In this document: positions 63,278-64,000 of the stretch, one piece after another
How the letters are laid out: the number at the start of each line of letters is the position of its first letter
Position numbering within the stretch: position 1 is the stretch's first letter
Source of the DNA: Negaprion brevirostris
Taxonomy: Eukaryota
DNA: 64,000 nt
Assembly (NCBI GenBank): GCA_030324005.1
Contig: JARDVH010000073.1
Location: 28,594,072-28,658,071, forward strand
Direction of reading: 5' to 3'
Translations under genes and position numbers: made by a program
The notes under the pieces: generated by a model
What the model saw: the letters and a program-made list of their open reading frames with translations, nothing else
What the model was told of the DNA's origin: nothing
The model's database searches: none

Positions 63278-64000
63278 CTCAAGTTGGGGTGTCAGCTTGA
63301 ATCTTGTTTGCCTATCTTGTGGGGATAATGAATTGGATTCAATTAGAATTTGCATTTGGGTTTAGAGCCAGCAGAGTGGACTGGTTTTGAGCATCGGCTA
63401 TGTAACCTTAAGAACTGAATTAAAAAAAATTAAAATTAACAACAAATAAAACCTAGACCCTCCTGTGACCAGTCAGCAATGTCTGTTGGACAAGGCTGCC
63501 ATAGATGATTCCAGTTTTCATTGACAAGCATGTCATGTTGTGCTACATGCAGCAGTTTCAATTTAATGTTGGTGTGATTACACAATCTGGTGCCCAGCTT
63601 TCATTGGATTGCTTAAAATTATTTCCAAAATCATTTTCAGACACTTTTTCTCAGCGAATATAATCTATGCTATCCAAGGAAAATTAAAATCAAGTTAGTT
63701 AACACATTATTATGAGATGGGTAATATTTATTCAGTGTGTTGTCTTTTGATGTCTTCGTTCGAATTTTTACACGAAGGATTCAGTCTCTTCCAAAAGTCT
63801 TTTTGTTGCTCAGAAATAAGAGTTTAAATTTAGATTGTACAGTGTACTTAATTTTCCAGGGTTCAACTGTGCTGATCAACTATTATAGTTTTTTTCCCTT
63901 CAAAAGGAATTCAAAATCATTTGTGCAAATGTTAGAAGTCAAAGTTCAAATGCTAATAGCATTAAAATTTATATTGAATTTCTTGTAAAAACAGCAAGTG

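Larger units (their letters stand above)
9903..64000 (+). other. DOCK4: DOCK4 intron 1 (extends beyond the window)
   Basis: GTGAGT donor at 9903. No sequence encoding the expected SH3 exon 2 (approx. IASFRGTVPYGLSLEIGDTVQILEK) was seen. The region is repeat-dominated. Confidence 0.75.

Noticed and set aside
63252-63440. Functional U2 snRNA gene
   Set aside because: Only 26 nt match; branch-point recognition region, Sm site and 3' stems are absent.

Overview
Vertebrate nuclear DNA, almost certainly a shark or other elasmobranch. This is inferred from many HE1-type V-SINEs, DeuSINE/SacSINE1-like SINEs and CR1 (HER1-like) LINE remnants. The window holds the CpG-island bidirectional promoter (~9250-9910) of a head-to-head gene pair. 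ZNF277 is on the minus strand, with a conserved 202-nt coding exon at 6061-6262 and candidate upstream exons at 8133-8287 and ~9389-9480. DOCK4 is on the plus strand, with first coding exon MWIPTDNEKYGV|GTGAGT at 9866-9902. Everything downstream appears to be DOCK4 intron 1, filled with decayed LINEs, SINEs, an LTR-like element, hairpin repeats and about 15 N-gaps. Almost all listed ORFs are spurious or repeat-derived. The most notable observations are: an in-frame stop in the putative ZNF277 first exon with a possible replacement start exon; a U2-snRNA-headed short retro-element; a TSD-flanked SINE-like element carrying a perfect 56-bp palindrome with a nearby partial copy; two tail types on one V-SINE body; and two families of fold-back repeats, probably Penelope-derived. 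Repeat family names and human gene comparisons come from recalled sequences, not a search. Repeat boundaries are approximate.
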